This document shows, one piece after another, positions 51,137 through 62,500 of a stretch of 64,000 nt of DNA. Numbering within the stretch: position 1 is the stretch's first letter; the number at the start of each line of letters is the position of its first letter. A program made the position numbers and the translations under genes. Where the stretch lies: contig RHPI01003642.1 in assembly GCA_009103225.1 (NCBI GenBank), forward strand, positions 983,099 through 1,047,098, written 5' to 3'. The DNA is from Chlorokybus atmophyticus (taxonomy: Eukaryota > Plantae > Mesostigma and Chlorokybus algae). Below the pieces are notes generated by a model. That model ran no database searches. It was not told the origin of the DNA and was given only the letters and a program-made list of their open reading frames with translations.

Positions 51137-51690
51137 CCCGTGCCAGTACTGGCACAAACCGTTTGTGCCACTACTGGTACCTGCTTTTCGGGGCTAGACC
51201 CGAAAAGCCCCGAAACTGGCACAAAACGGCTTGTGCCAGCAATGGATGCTAACTCACCTACTGATAAGTGACACAAGCCGTCCATAACCAGCACTGAAAT
51301 GACTTTATAGTTAACAATACTAGCACAAAGCCCTTACTGCCGACACTGGCATCAAGGCTTTCCATGCCTGCTCTGGCAAGAACAGTTTAAGACCAGACTG
51401 GCACAACAGCCTTGTAGCCGGTGCTGGAATTTGAAGATTATGTCCATTACTGCAATAGACAACTTGCTGCCAGTGCCGTTTCTGATGCTTTCATGCCAGC
51501 ACTGGCAAAGAACCCATTGTGCCAAGGCTAGATCCTTGAATTTCCTGCCATTACTGGCACAAATAGTTTTAGAACCAGTAATGACAAAAAAAGCGTTGTG
51601 CCATTCACGGAGGCCTATCAGCAGAAAAAATGTGATACTGGCACAATGTATTCAACAAAAGTCATGCACTGGTCTAATCAAACCAGTGCC
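51137..51690. repeat. Subterminal repeat array (ACTGGCACAA / TTGTGCCA)
   Basis: ACTGGCACAA at 51148, 51215, 51397, 51553 and 51637. The inverse TTGTGCCA is at ~51163, 51231, 51517 and 51596. The 16-bp palindrome GTGCCAGTACTGGCAC is at 51140-51155. Confidence 0.9.
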
Positions 51691-52155
51691 ATACAGCACA
51701 GCTATAGCTTTCCTATCAAAAGCCCTACGAAGTAGCTACAAAAAGCCCTTGAAGAAAGTCTTCTGGTCTTCAGCTGTCCAGTCCCCGCAGCCAGCAGGCC
51801 CGCTTGGCCCAGCCCGCTAGCCCAGGTATTAGCCCGCTAGCCCGCCAGCCCGCTAGACCCTGCAAGTCTCAACCCTGACCGTGCGGAAAACCCTTCCAGT
51901 AGACCCTGCAAAGGCCCTGCCTTAAAGCCTCCTAACCCCAAACAGACCCTGGAAAGTCTCCACCTTAAACCCTTCAAGCCCCAACCCAGACCCTGCCAAG
52001 ACGCAAACCCTCTGGACCCATACCCAGTAGCTATAGTGTTCTCCAGTCCAGCTACTCCCATTCACCCTGCAACACCGCAAAAGCCCCTTATGTCTTTGAT
52101 GAGTGAAATGCGTATTGCACACTCAAGCAATGTTTGTTTCCAAACGAGCCTACCT

Positions 52156-54801
52156 TCAAGCTCTTGACAACGATGCTCGATGCCTCTTTCTCGGAGACTG
52201 CCAGATCATGCTATGCGGCGCCTCCATGGAATGCTCCACCACCAGCCACTTGCGCGATGTCGCAAACTTTACCAATATGAGAGCAATCTGCTGGTTGGTG
52301 AACTTGGCAAGGCAGTGCTCCTCCCTTGGCAAGGTTGTGATCTGGTTGCCATACACACTCCTCCAGGCCCTGTAGACCTCAAGCATTTTTTCTCTCGTAG
52401 GTGTGTCACCGTCTCTATCTCCACAGCACATTCCAGCCCAATTCAACAACAAAGGATTCTCGGACCAATCCTGCAAGCAGACTTGTGTTTAAACCCAGCA
52501 CAACGCAACAATACACAGAAGGCTAATCAAGCGCAGCAAGACCCAGCAAAACCAGTCAAGCCTAGCCAATCTTGCAGGTAAACTTTTGTTAAACCCAGCA
52601 CAACCCAGCAACAACAACACCGAGAAGACCAGTCAAGCGCAGCAAGACCCAATATAAACCAGTTAAGCCTAGTCAAACTCAGCAAGACACAGGTAGAAAA
52701 CTTAGCCCAGAGTTTACCTTGTCCCGAGTCTGCGCTTGCGGCCGTCGCGTATCCTGAAGCTGAGATTGGAAGCACATCGACCCTGTCCCCGCACCTTCGC
52801 CTTCATGACAGCTGTTGCATTGGCAAGGCCATGTCTCTGCAACCAGAGATGCTGGCCAAGCTATCGTACGACCCTGCGCAAGCACCACCAGTCACTCACA
52901 TCTTGCACGCTGTTTAAACTTGCCTCATACATCCTCAGACAGGCTAAGTGCTGCACAGACTCACCTCAATGGTGTGCACCAGCGATTCCTCGTTTACAAC
53001 CTTGCCGGCATACCCATCCGTCTCACGTACCGGCATAAACAGCTGTCCGTATTCATTCTCCCCTACACATACTTCAAACCACTCTGTGATCTTGACTTTA
53101 TAGCTCCGCCATGGAACTTCCTCGTCAAAGATCTCCAGCACATCGCCCCTCCCCACCGGGTACATGTACGGCTGGTCTTGATCTTCGTAGCGCCCATTAA
53201 TCCTGCATATAATCAATTGCATCACCAAGTGCAAACGAACACAAGCATTAATACTTGCACACATTTAAGTCAGTAGGTGACCCAAGACATAGACCTGCTG
53301 ACCTAAACTTACAAATGTTTGCGCCAATGATCTGTCAGCATGTCTTCGGTGGGTGGTTGTGGTGTTACCAAGGCCAGTAATACAGCGTTGACGCCAGCTT
53401 CGCAGTCCACCAAGGTGAACTCAGGTCCTAGACCGGTGATGGTGCTGGACATGCGTCGGGTGTTACGGTGACCACCGTTTTCAGCTGTTGCCTGCGCACG
53501 CTTCTCCTGCTGTTCTTTTTTGCGGTCTTCTTGGGTCTTTCCCTTTCCTCGAGTCCCTCTCCGCACCGTATTAGACAACTCGGTGATCTGTTCCTTTATG
53601 TATTCTGTCAAAGCACAGAACTTCAACTCACAAGATCAGCTTACAGCTCAGCAAGAGGCCAGCGACACCAGCAACTTCAACAAGACACGCCCAGCACACC
53701 AGACCCAGCAGACTCAGCAAATCCGGCAATCCCAATAGACTCAGCAATTCCAGCAGACCCAGCATACCATCAGCTAGACCAACAATTACAAGTCACATGG
53801 AGAAGCTTTTAACTGGAGAGTTAAAGCAAAAAGACTCAAGCACAAGACTGACATAAAAGCTCTTACTTGTTGGCCATGTTAGGCAGTGGCCGTTGATCTG
53901 CAGTGGTGTGTGTTCGTCGAGGACCTCGGCAATCACCGCGTCGCGACGCTGCATGTCTTCCTCCTGTCGCAAGCGGAAATCTACCATCAACAACTTTGGG
54001 TTGTCAGGGAAGTGCTCTGCTATCTTCCTTTTCAGCAGCTTGATGTTTTCCATGTGCGTATGGTACTGCGCCGGGTAGTGTCGCTGGAGGAAAGTCTTTC
54101 CCGATGGTTCGTTGTGGTCCTTTCTGGTTCTGAAGCACTTTAGTTCCAGAAGGGTTTTCTCCCGCGCAGCACTCTCTGCTGTGCTGTTCTCGTCTCTGTC
54201 GATATCACCTGTATAAACACCAAGTATAGCACACGGCGTCAGCACTGCTGGTAACCGGGCTACACACATATAAGAGCTAAAACCACTAGTCCAGAAGTCT
54301 AGCACACTGAGCAGCAGAAGTATAGAACACTCAGTCAGCACACATATAAGAGCTAAAACCACTAGTCCAGAAGTCTAGCACACTGAGCAGCAGAAGTATA
54401 GAACACTCAGTCAGCACTCCAACTGGGGCTACACACACATAAGAGCTATGACCAGTAATCTTAGCAGTAGTCTTAGCAGAAGACCAGTAGTCATGCAAAC
54501 CTATTGACATGCTGCAACTCTGAAAGCAACCTGCCCACTACTAACCTGGACCTGTGCTGGGAGCTGCTTGCTGACATTTTTGCACGTCGTCCATGACGAG
54601 GGTAGCCAGACCAAGATTGGGACACAGCATGTGGGCTGTGGTCATGGAGAGCTTAATGTAGCTGTCACCATCGATTTCCTCCTGTCGAAACCTTTCAGCC
54701 ACACTCTGTGCATGTGGGCTCTTGCCACAGATTCTGGTAACACGCTCAGCAACCCCTGCAACATCCAGCTGGGCAACAGCTGCATGACCACTTCGTGCCA
54801 T
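52156..54801 (-). CDS. Transposon-borne gene A: 532-aa protein with N-terminal SAM-like domain, Tudor/SH3-like segment and Cys motif
   Basis: Six phase-consistent GT-AG exons (54801-54546, 54208-53867, 53604-53313, 53202-52965, 52873-52718, 52470-52156) total 1599 nt with no internal stop. SAM-like segment: VAERFRQEEIDGDSYIKLS...LCPNLGLATLV. Confidence 0.8.
54265..54416. repeat. Exact 76-bp tandem duplication in gene A intron 1
   Basis: CACATATAAGAGCTAAAACC...CAGTCAGCA at 54265 and again at 54341. Confidence 0.93.
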
Positions 54802-55351
54802 GCTCGGAACCTATGCACAGACCTTCTAGGACACCAGCATGTAGAAAACCCAGACTATGTGCTTACAAGCCAGCTGCAGCATAAGCCAGCAAACAAGTAC
54901 ACTCAAAGACCACTACACCAACATTGCACCACAGCACTAGTACCCCACACACTGAATTCCACACTTGCTTGACATGGCTTGCTTAAAAAACAGTACCGGA
55001 CTTGGCTGGTGTCGAGTGCCCGCCAGTACCGGGGCTAAGACCCCGCCAAATCTTGTGCGACCCTTGTGCGCGCACTTAAGACTTCCACGCCAGACTTCCC
55101 TGCCAGGACCACAACCCTTCCAGCGCAACACCAGCGCGCAGTTAAGACTTCCCGGTCCCAGAAAGCCTCGGAATACTGGCAAAGAGCCTCGGAAACTGGC
55201 GTTACAACTCAGATCTGACAGCTTAGCCTCAGCCCCAGGCTTGTCAACGGTCTTGTCAACACAGTCACTTTTCACAAACCCTTGAAAGCTGTCTTAAAAG
55301 CCAAGGCAGAGGGTAGTAAAAGCCTAGTATCGGTTTTGAGGGCTGTGGTCT

Positions 55352-55531
55352 GGCGGCGGTGTTGTGGGCGGCGGTGTTGTTGGCGGCGGTGTTGTTGGAG
55401 GCGGTGTTGTGAGCGGGTGTGGTGTGGGAGGGTTTGGTCTAGGCGGCTGGGTTCTAGGCGGCTGGGGTCTGGGCGGCTGGGGTCTGGGCGGCTAGGGTCT
55501 AGGCGGCTGTGGCTTAGGCGGTTGTGGTCTG
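55352..55531. repeat. G-rich 15-bp minisatellite (12 units) directly upstream of gene B
   Basis: Units grade from GGCGGCGGTGTTGTK to GGCGGCTGGGGTCTR with an exact 15-bp period. Confidence 0.92.
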
Positions 55532-55538
55532 ATCTGTG

Positions 55539-58500
55539 ATGGCTCCAATGGAGGAGATCCCATGGGAGTGCCAGTATTGCCAGAGCAAGTTGACAAAGTC
55601 CAAGCAGAAGAATATCGAGCAGCACTACAGGGGGGAGAAGTGTATGCAAAAACGCCTGGCGCCAAACTCCGCAGGTGTCAAGCCCGAGGAAACCCCAGCG
55701 CAGCTGAAAGAAAAAGCCAGAAAACAACACGATGACATACATGTAGTTGATTGTGAGTGTGTTTGTGCTATGCTTTGCTATGCTATGCTGTGCCATGCAT
55801 GCTATGCTATGCATGCATGCTATGCTATGCTATGCTATGCTATGTGTATGCTGTGTAGGCTCAAGTCTGTGTGCATGCTTGCTAATGCGTGGCTGCTGTC
55901 ATGCAGGATCGTAAAATGTATCGGTGGAATGTATCTCAGGAAGAAAGTCATGAGGGTCAGCAGGAAGACTCACCACCTGAGTCTCAGTCCACACAGCCAG
56001 CCCTGACCCCCGAACCCGTCAAGCCCTTCTGTGCCCCACCATCACACCACCGGCCAGATCTTCGTTATAGCTGGGATGACAACAGTGGAGCGTACATCCC
56101 AGTCTCCCAACCCAGGCCCGGCGGTGTCTACTACGTGTGGAATCCTGCAACGTTATACATGGATCCTGCTCCTGCGGCAGCACCTGCGGTTGTCAAGTTA
56201 GAACCCAAGGAGACAGCGCACGCTTCAACAAGATCGGGCAAAGCCAAACCTGCCTCGACGCCCTCCAAGACATCTGCGCATGTTGACTTGACCAAACCGG
56301 AAACGCCTGCATCACCCACCGGTCCTGCCTCCCCTCCAGGGCGTCCCCCCAAGGTACAACACTGAGTCTCTGCATGTGCTTGGAGTGTTGCGCAAGACTG
56401 AGTGCAAGACTGACTCTTGCCATGTGCAGAAACAAAAACTTACAACCGCCCCAGCATCTGGTGACACACCCCCGCGGGTAGGCACTCGCAAAGGCACTCA
56501 ACTTGCAGCTAAAGATACGCTCGCCTCACCTGCTGCAACTCCACCACGGGTACGTTCTGTTCTTGGGTCTATGTCTGGGTGTATATCCGGGCCTGTGTTT
56601 ATATGACACTTGACTTTTCAGGAAGGGCTTAGAAAGCGCAAGCCTTTTAACCCTGGGGAGTACCTGGAGCGTCTTGCCAATGGTGAGGTGGTCGAAGAAC
56701 TTGACAAGGTATGCACTGGTCCAGGTAGCATTGCACAGCACTATCCAGGTCTAGCACTATCTAAATGTCCTTCAACGTCCAGGTTGCTAAACGCCTGCTT
56801 AAAATAGTAGAAAGCATGTCCGAGGAAAAAAAGTCCGTATTACGTTTACGTGAAGATGTTAAGACTGAAAAAGCACATACTGACTGCATGCGCGGTCATC
56901 TGATCAGCTTGCAGCAAGCTCTCAGAGACCAAGTTAAACTTGTAGAAGAAAAGAAGGTGGTAGAGCTGTGGTTATAATGCATGCTTTGTGAAAGACTACT
57001 AACCTTTGCAATGTGTGCAGAAAGACGCCAACGCGGTGTTCAAGGAAGCCGCAATGGCAAAAAAGGAAGTCGATGAGAAGGCGGTCAAGCTTGCCAAGAT
57101 GCAGAGACTTTTTGAGGACAAGCTGAAAAGCCTGAGCTTACAGGAGATGCGACAGATGTTTGAGTCTGTTCGACGCTCTGAGGAGCGTGTCGTGCGCATG
57201 GACTACACACTGCATGACATGGCCGCCGTTCTCACACCGCAAGTTCTCCCCCCAGCCAGCGACAAGGTGTGTCTTCAGTCTTAAACCTCGTCGTGAGTCT
57301 TAAACCTAGTAGTCGTCAGTCTTAAACCTTGTTGTGGTATAGGAGCAGGTGGAGGAGGACAAGGAGGACGAAAAGGAGGAGGACGACAAGGAAGAGCACA
57401 AGGAGGAGGACAAGGAGGAGGAGGAGAAGGAGGAGGAAAAGGAGGAGAGTAAGGCAGAGGAGAAGGAGGAGGACAAGGAGGAAGAAAAAGAGGAGGACAA
57501 GGCAGAGGAGAAGGAGGGGAAGGAACACGAGCAGGAGCAGGTGGAGGAGGAAAAGGAGGAGGACAAGGAGGAGATGGAGGTCGAGAGCGACCCCGACGAG
57601 CAGAGGCCTGCTGAGGAGCAGCAGACTATTCCAGTTGGCGGACTGCCAATGGGAGGTTATGGTGACAGGGTGACAGGGTTTGACGCCGCCGAGTTCGAAG
57701 CATTTCAACAATGGCGGCGTTCTCAACAAGGTACTGTGCTGTTTCAAACAGCCTGGTGCTGGTGCTTTTCCTCCTGTTATGAAATCACCGTTACTAACCC
57801 TGACCCCCACCATGACAGGCACTGCACCTCTCCTCTCACAAGTTGTGCCAGGCGCTGCCGCTCTGTTTTCCTTGCCCCCCAGCGTGCTTTTCCCACCAGT
57901 CTCTGCACCTCCGGCCACCTCCGTGCTTTTCCCACCAGGCTTTGCCCCTCCTGGCTCTGCCCCTGCTGCCCCACCAGGCTCTGCCCCTCCTGCCCCACCA
58001 GTCTCTGCCCCTCCTGGTTCTGCCCCTCCTGCCCCACCAGGCTCTGCGCCAACTGCCACCTCTGTGCCTTCGCCTCCTGGCTCTGCCCCTCCTGCCACCT
58101 CTGTGCTTTCTCCTCCTGGCTCTGCCCCTCCTGCCACCTCTGTGCTTTCCCCAGGTTAGTTTATCTAATCTGGTCTAACTGAAAGTCTTACAGTCTTTTT
58201 TAGTCAGGCTTTCTCATCACACACTCACAACCTTATATGCACTCATATCAACATGTCCAACTCACATAAAGCTCAGGTGCCACAGCAAGCCCAAGGAGCA
58301 CAGCTTCAAGGCCCGGAGGTCGCAAGGCAACCAATCCCTGAGACCCACGGTACGCTTTAGCGTTAAGGTTTGAGCATGCATGTTTGGCTGATTGTACTAA
58401 CAGACAATGCTGTATGCAGACCTTGAAGCCTCTGCCGCTGCAATCTATGGAGAGATGACTAGGACGCAGCTGATGGTGCAAATTCTGCAACGCGATCGGT

Positions 58501-58676
58501 CACTCCATGACATCAACCTCCGCAAGACGGCGGCAACCAACGCGTCTGCTAGAGCCCTCCAAGCAGCGCATCTGGCTGCTCAACGGGCAGAGGCTAGTGA
58601 GAAGGCAGAGCGAGTTCTTAGAACTCAAAACGAGGACTTAGCTCGCCAACTTAAACAGGTTGACATCATCCAGTAG
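55539..58676 (+). CDS. Transposon-borne gene B: Zn-finger (CxxC...H...C), aromatic-repeat segment, coiled coil, acidic tract and Pro-rich repeats (spliced)
   Basis: Contains WECQYCQSKLTKSKQKNIEQHYRGEKC, YSWDDNSGAYI...YYVWNPAT, several phase-consistent coiled-coil exons, an E/K-rich exon (57344-57600) and PPGSAPP repeats. The last exon ends QVDIIQ* at 58676. The exon 1 donor is uncertain. Confidence 0.7.
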
Positions 58677-59504
58677 TAGAGGCAGCAGAGGAGGGAGCGA
58701 CAGTCAGTGTTCCCGACGAGCTTATCCCAACAGCCGTCCCTGTGTATACCCCTGGAAACATCTTCAAGCAACTTGATAGCCTACCCTGTATTCCTGAAAC
58801 ACAAGCCCAACAAGTTGCTGCTCTTCCACCCCCTCGCCCCAGTCCCAGTTCCTCAGCGCGGCGACGGCGGGCATCTGTCCCTGGACTTCAACTGTCCCTT
58901 GCAGGTTCCTCGCTAGGAGAGTCCAGTGGAGCAGCAGCAGCAAGACCCTTGCGACGTCCTACTGAAGACCCTCCCCAGCCCCCAAGCCAGCAGACCTAGC
59001 TAGTGGGACCTGCATAGTGTACATACTGTACATAGTGCTTGGACTTGGTAGCATTTGTGTGTTGTGGGTCTTGTGTGGCTTGGGCTTGCTAGGATTACAG
59101 CAGCACTGTAGACTCTTTGCCTCCCCCTTGGTGGCTTGGAAAAAAGCTTTGCAAAACTCAAACTCTGTGCCTTGATCTTGCATCTCACTGCAAAACCCAA
59201 ACTCTGTGGCTTGGCTTGGCTTGACTTGGCTTGGTAGGATGCTGTGGCATTGTAGATAGTGTGGGTGTAAACTCTGTGCCTTGGTTTTTGGAATCACAAG
59301 TCTTTGTCCTAGCCCCAGGAACAGCGGGGCTAGACCCAGAGGCGGCGGGTCTTTTGCTGCTTAGTCCTGTCCTTTCTGCTTAGACCTGTCTTTTTTGCTT
59401 GGACCAAACTCCAGCCTTGCAATCCATTGTCTCCGCCATCCCAATGTTAATGTAAAATCCATCCTCTGTCTCATTGTCTCCGCATGCCATGCCATTGTTC
59501 CGTC

Positions 59505-62500
59505 TCACAAGTACACATGGTACTTATGGAACTTCATGATGCATGGAGATTGCCGCGCAGTCTCACGCCAAGACCTCTTGTTGATGCAGACCCAAGGCAT
59601 CAAACGCGCTATGGTCCTGCTGCTTGCTGCCTCTCCTCGGTAGTTCTGGTTGACAACCCACAGTCCACCTTGCCTTTGCTCTAGGTCGTCTATCACAGCA
59701 TCCTTGCCGGACTCATCAACTTCTCTGACCACAGCAAACCAGGGCCAGGAATCAGTTGGATCTTCAGAGCATTCCTCACTGCTCTCTCCAGATGTGGAGT
59801 CTTCGACTATCTTGTGCCGTTTGCCTTTGCGCTCAGAGCGCTGGCTGTTGCGCTTGCGTTTGCTGGCACTGCTGGGCAAGGGGTTACAATAATCCTCAAC
59901 AGCCTCAGTTGGCAGCTTGAAGTCCCACACTGACTTGGCTTCATTTCTGATCTGAATAATGTCTCCAGGTTCAGGCCAGATGGGCACATTAACATCGGTA
60001 GCCCTCACATACAGGTCTGGGTTTTCATAATCGTATGCCAGTAGGTGATTATCAGTCAGATGACTTGTAGTCGGTGTCTCGCGACGCTTTGGTAGCAGGA
60101 TAAACTTGCGTAGCAGTCTGCGAGCAGGTATGCAAATCTCTTGACTGCCAGCTGATTGCACAAGTGCCGCTCTGGTATCCCTGTCTCGAAATAGGGCACC
60201 AGAAGCATTTGTGTGCATGACGTAGGGGCTTGCCGCAATAAATACTTCGGGCACTTTGTAGACGTGCACAAACACTTGGTTAACAGCCACAAAGAGGTTG
60301 TCATTGGTCAAAGCATTGTCAAGACCGGTGATGGAACGGGTCCTGCGCCAACAGTACTACTGATATTAGGGTCATAGTAAAGACATGGACAAAGGTTAAG
60401 CCCAAGTCTCTGGAGAAGACCGGGCCCGGGTTCAACAAACCAAAAGATGACAACCAAGACCAGTCAGAATAGACCCAGGCTTCACACCAGGACTAGTCAG
60501 AATAGACCCAGGCTTAACACCAAGACCAGACAGAATAGACCTAGGCTTAACACCAAGTCCAGAGAGAATAGACCCAGGCTTAACACCAAGACCAGAAACC
60601 AAAAGACTGACCTGTAGATTTCTCCTCCATGCAAGATAGCTTTGTAGTGGTGTGCCAGGTTTTGCACTGGCAGATCCGCATCGACCCGCATTGAACTCTG
60701 GACCAACGCAAAGCGTTCAGCCTCCAAGGGCGCAAGTCTGCCATCCTTAGGGCCTATCAAGATGCCATTGTGATGAATGCCAACAGATTCTGGTAGCTGA
60801 GGGTACGTCTCGGCCAGCTTCCAGAGGTGCAACGCCTTTGTTTGGCTCGGTGCTTCGTACCAGAACCCTGCTCCACCACATGAAGTGCGATGCGCACGCA
60901 GCTGCACTTGGCATCGCCTAGCCCAAACCATTCCAGTCCGCTGGTCTTCGTGGAGAACAGTCATGAGTCTTTCAAACCAAAGCCGCACCCAGCGATGAAT
61001 GTAACTAAACTCGTAGTCTTTGTTGTTGGTGGATGTCTCCAGGTGCTCGGAGACAGAACGCTCAAAAACATAGCACCAGTAGACATCGTGGCTTCCATGG
61101 CGACGGATATCATCAAGAATGTGCCCTGCACCAGCCACATGCTCCAAAGGTTTGCTGTTGCTGCCAAAGCAGTCCTCGGAGTTGAGTCTCCAATACCTGA
61201 GGAGCGAGTCTGCCAGGCGTAGGTTGTCGGCAGTCCAACCATACAGCCTAGAATGTCTGTAGAACAACTGCATAATCTTGTGCAGTGCCATGCACACATC
61301 GCGACGCTCTTTGCCCACGAGATCTGTCAGCACATAGGGTGCACAGTCTTGCATAAACTTTTGGTAGTCCTCAGCCTTCCAGAATCCAAGCCGATCCGTG
61401 ACACCGCTCGGAAAACGTCCAGACCGCATCTCCTTGGTTCTTGCAACCATGAAGTCCTTTAAGCGTGCCTCCACAAGTTGTAGCTGAGCAACGCGCTCTT
61501 CTCCTCCCTTGGAAAGTGTCGCTGCGCACAGACCCTTTGCAAGGCCTTCGCAAAGTGTGTGCATGACATCGTAGACTAGATCCTTCAGAGGATCAAAGCC
61601 GTACAGGTCATAAAGTCGCCAGAGCTGGCTCCTGCCGGTGACCCCAAGTTTTTGGGATAGCTCTTTTACTTTTGTTTTTGGCGCAGACTCCAACTCCTGA
61701 ATGTTCGTCAAGGTCTGTTCTGCTGTACGCTCAGCAAAAGGATGTCTGGAGAGCCTCCAGTTGCTGCCATACTTGTACCGTGTCATGGTGTCTTTTTTGG
61801 GTTTTGCAGCTTGTCGGGGCTTGCTTGCCTTTTTACTAGATGCCTTGCGACCTTTCTTGTTCTTTTTGGACCTGCGTGAGGTGCTGGCAGGCTCTGCACC
61901 TTGAGCTTCATGCACCTTGGGTTTCAGAGCTACTTGGTGTGGCTCACCAACCAACCAGCAGCGCCGACAGGCACAGATGCCACCATCCTTCATCTTCAGC
62001 ACTTGGCATTGGGCAGGATGATCTCCAGCCCACAGCAGCAGCATAGCACGCAACTTTGTAGTGCTTCCTGCAATGTACATGGGAGTTGGGTTCTAGGACA
62101 AGTCTCAAGTCCTAGGACAGGGTCTAAAACGTTCTAGGACGAGTCTAAGACACGTTAATCTGTCATTTGGTCAAGCAGGCTGCTGGGTGTACCTGCTGCT
62201 TGTTGATGCAGGTGGTCCGCGACATCGGAAGTAGCAAGTCCGTACTCTGTGCCAAACCCTTCGATGTAAAGGGACTCTAACTCAGTCACCAAGGGTTCCA
62301 AGAACGGGTCCATGTTGTTAATCCCATTAGGAATCTGGTCTTTTGGCACAAAACCCACTGGCAGCAGCGAGGAGGTTTGCGTGCTTAAGAGCTTTCCACC
62401 GTTTAAGACTGCAACGTTGATCATGAGGGTGCCTCGCTTGGTGGTTGTGGCAGTGCTGAAGCCATCCCAATGGGCAATAAAAGCCAGATTCCTCGGGTCT

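Noticed and set aside
51137-51690. CRISPR-like appearance of repeated ACTGGCACAA units
   Set aside because: Repeats are ~10 bp, irregularly spaced and in both orientations, in a eukaryotic genome with no cas genes. They fit transposon subterminal repeats.
57322-58137. 271-aa minus-strand ORF with AEPGG and poly-Leu repeats
   Set aside because: It is the antisense shadow of gene B's acidic and Pro-rich repeat exons.
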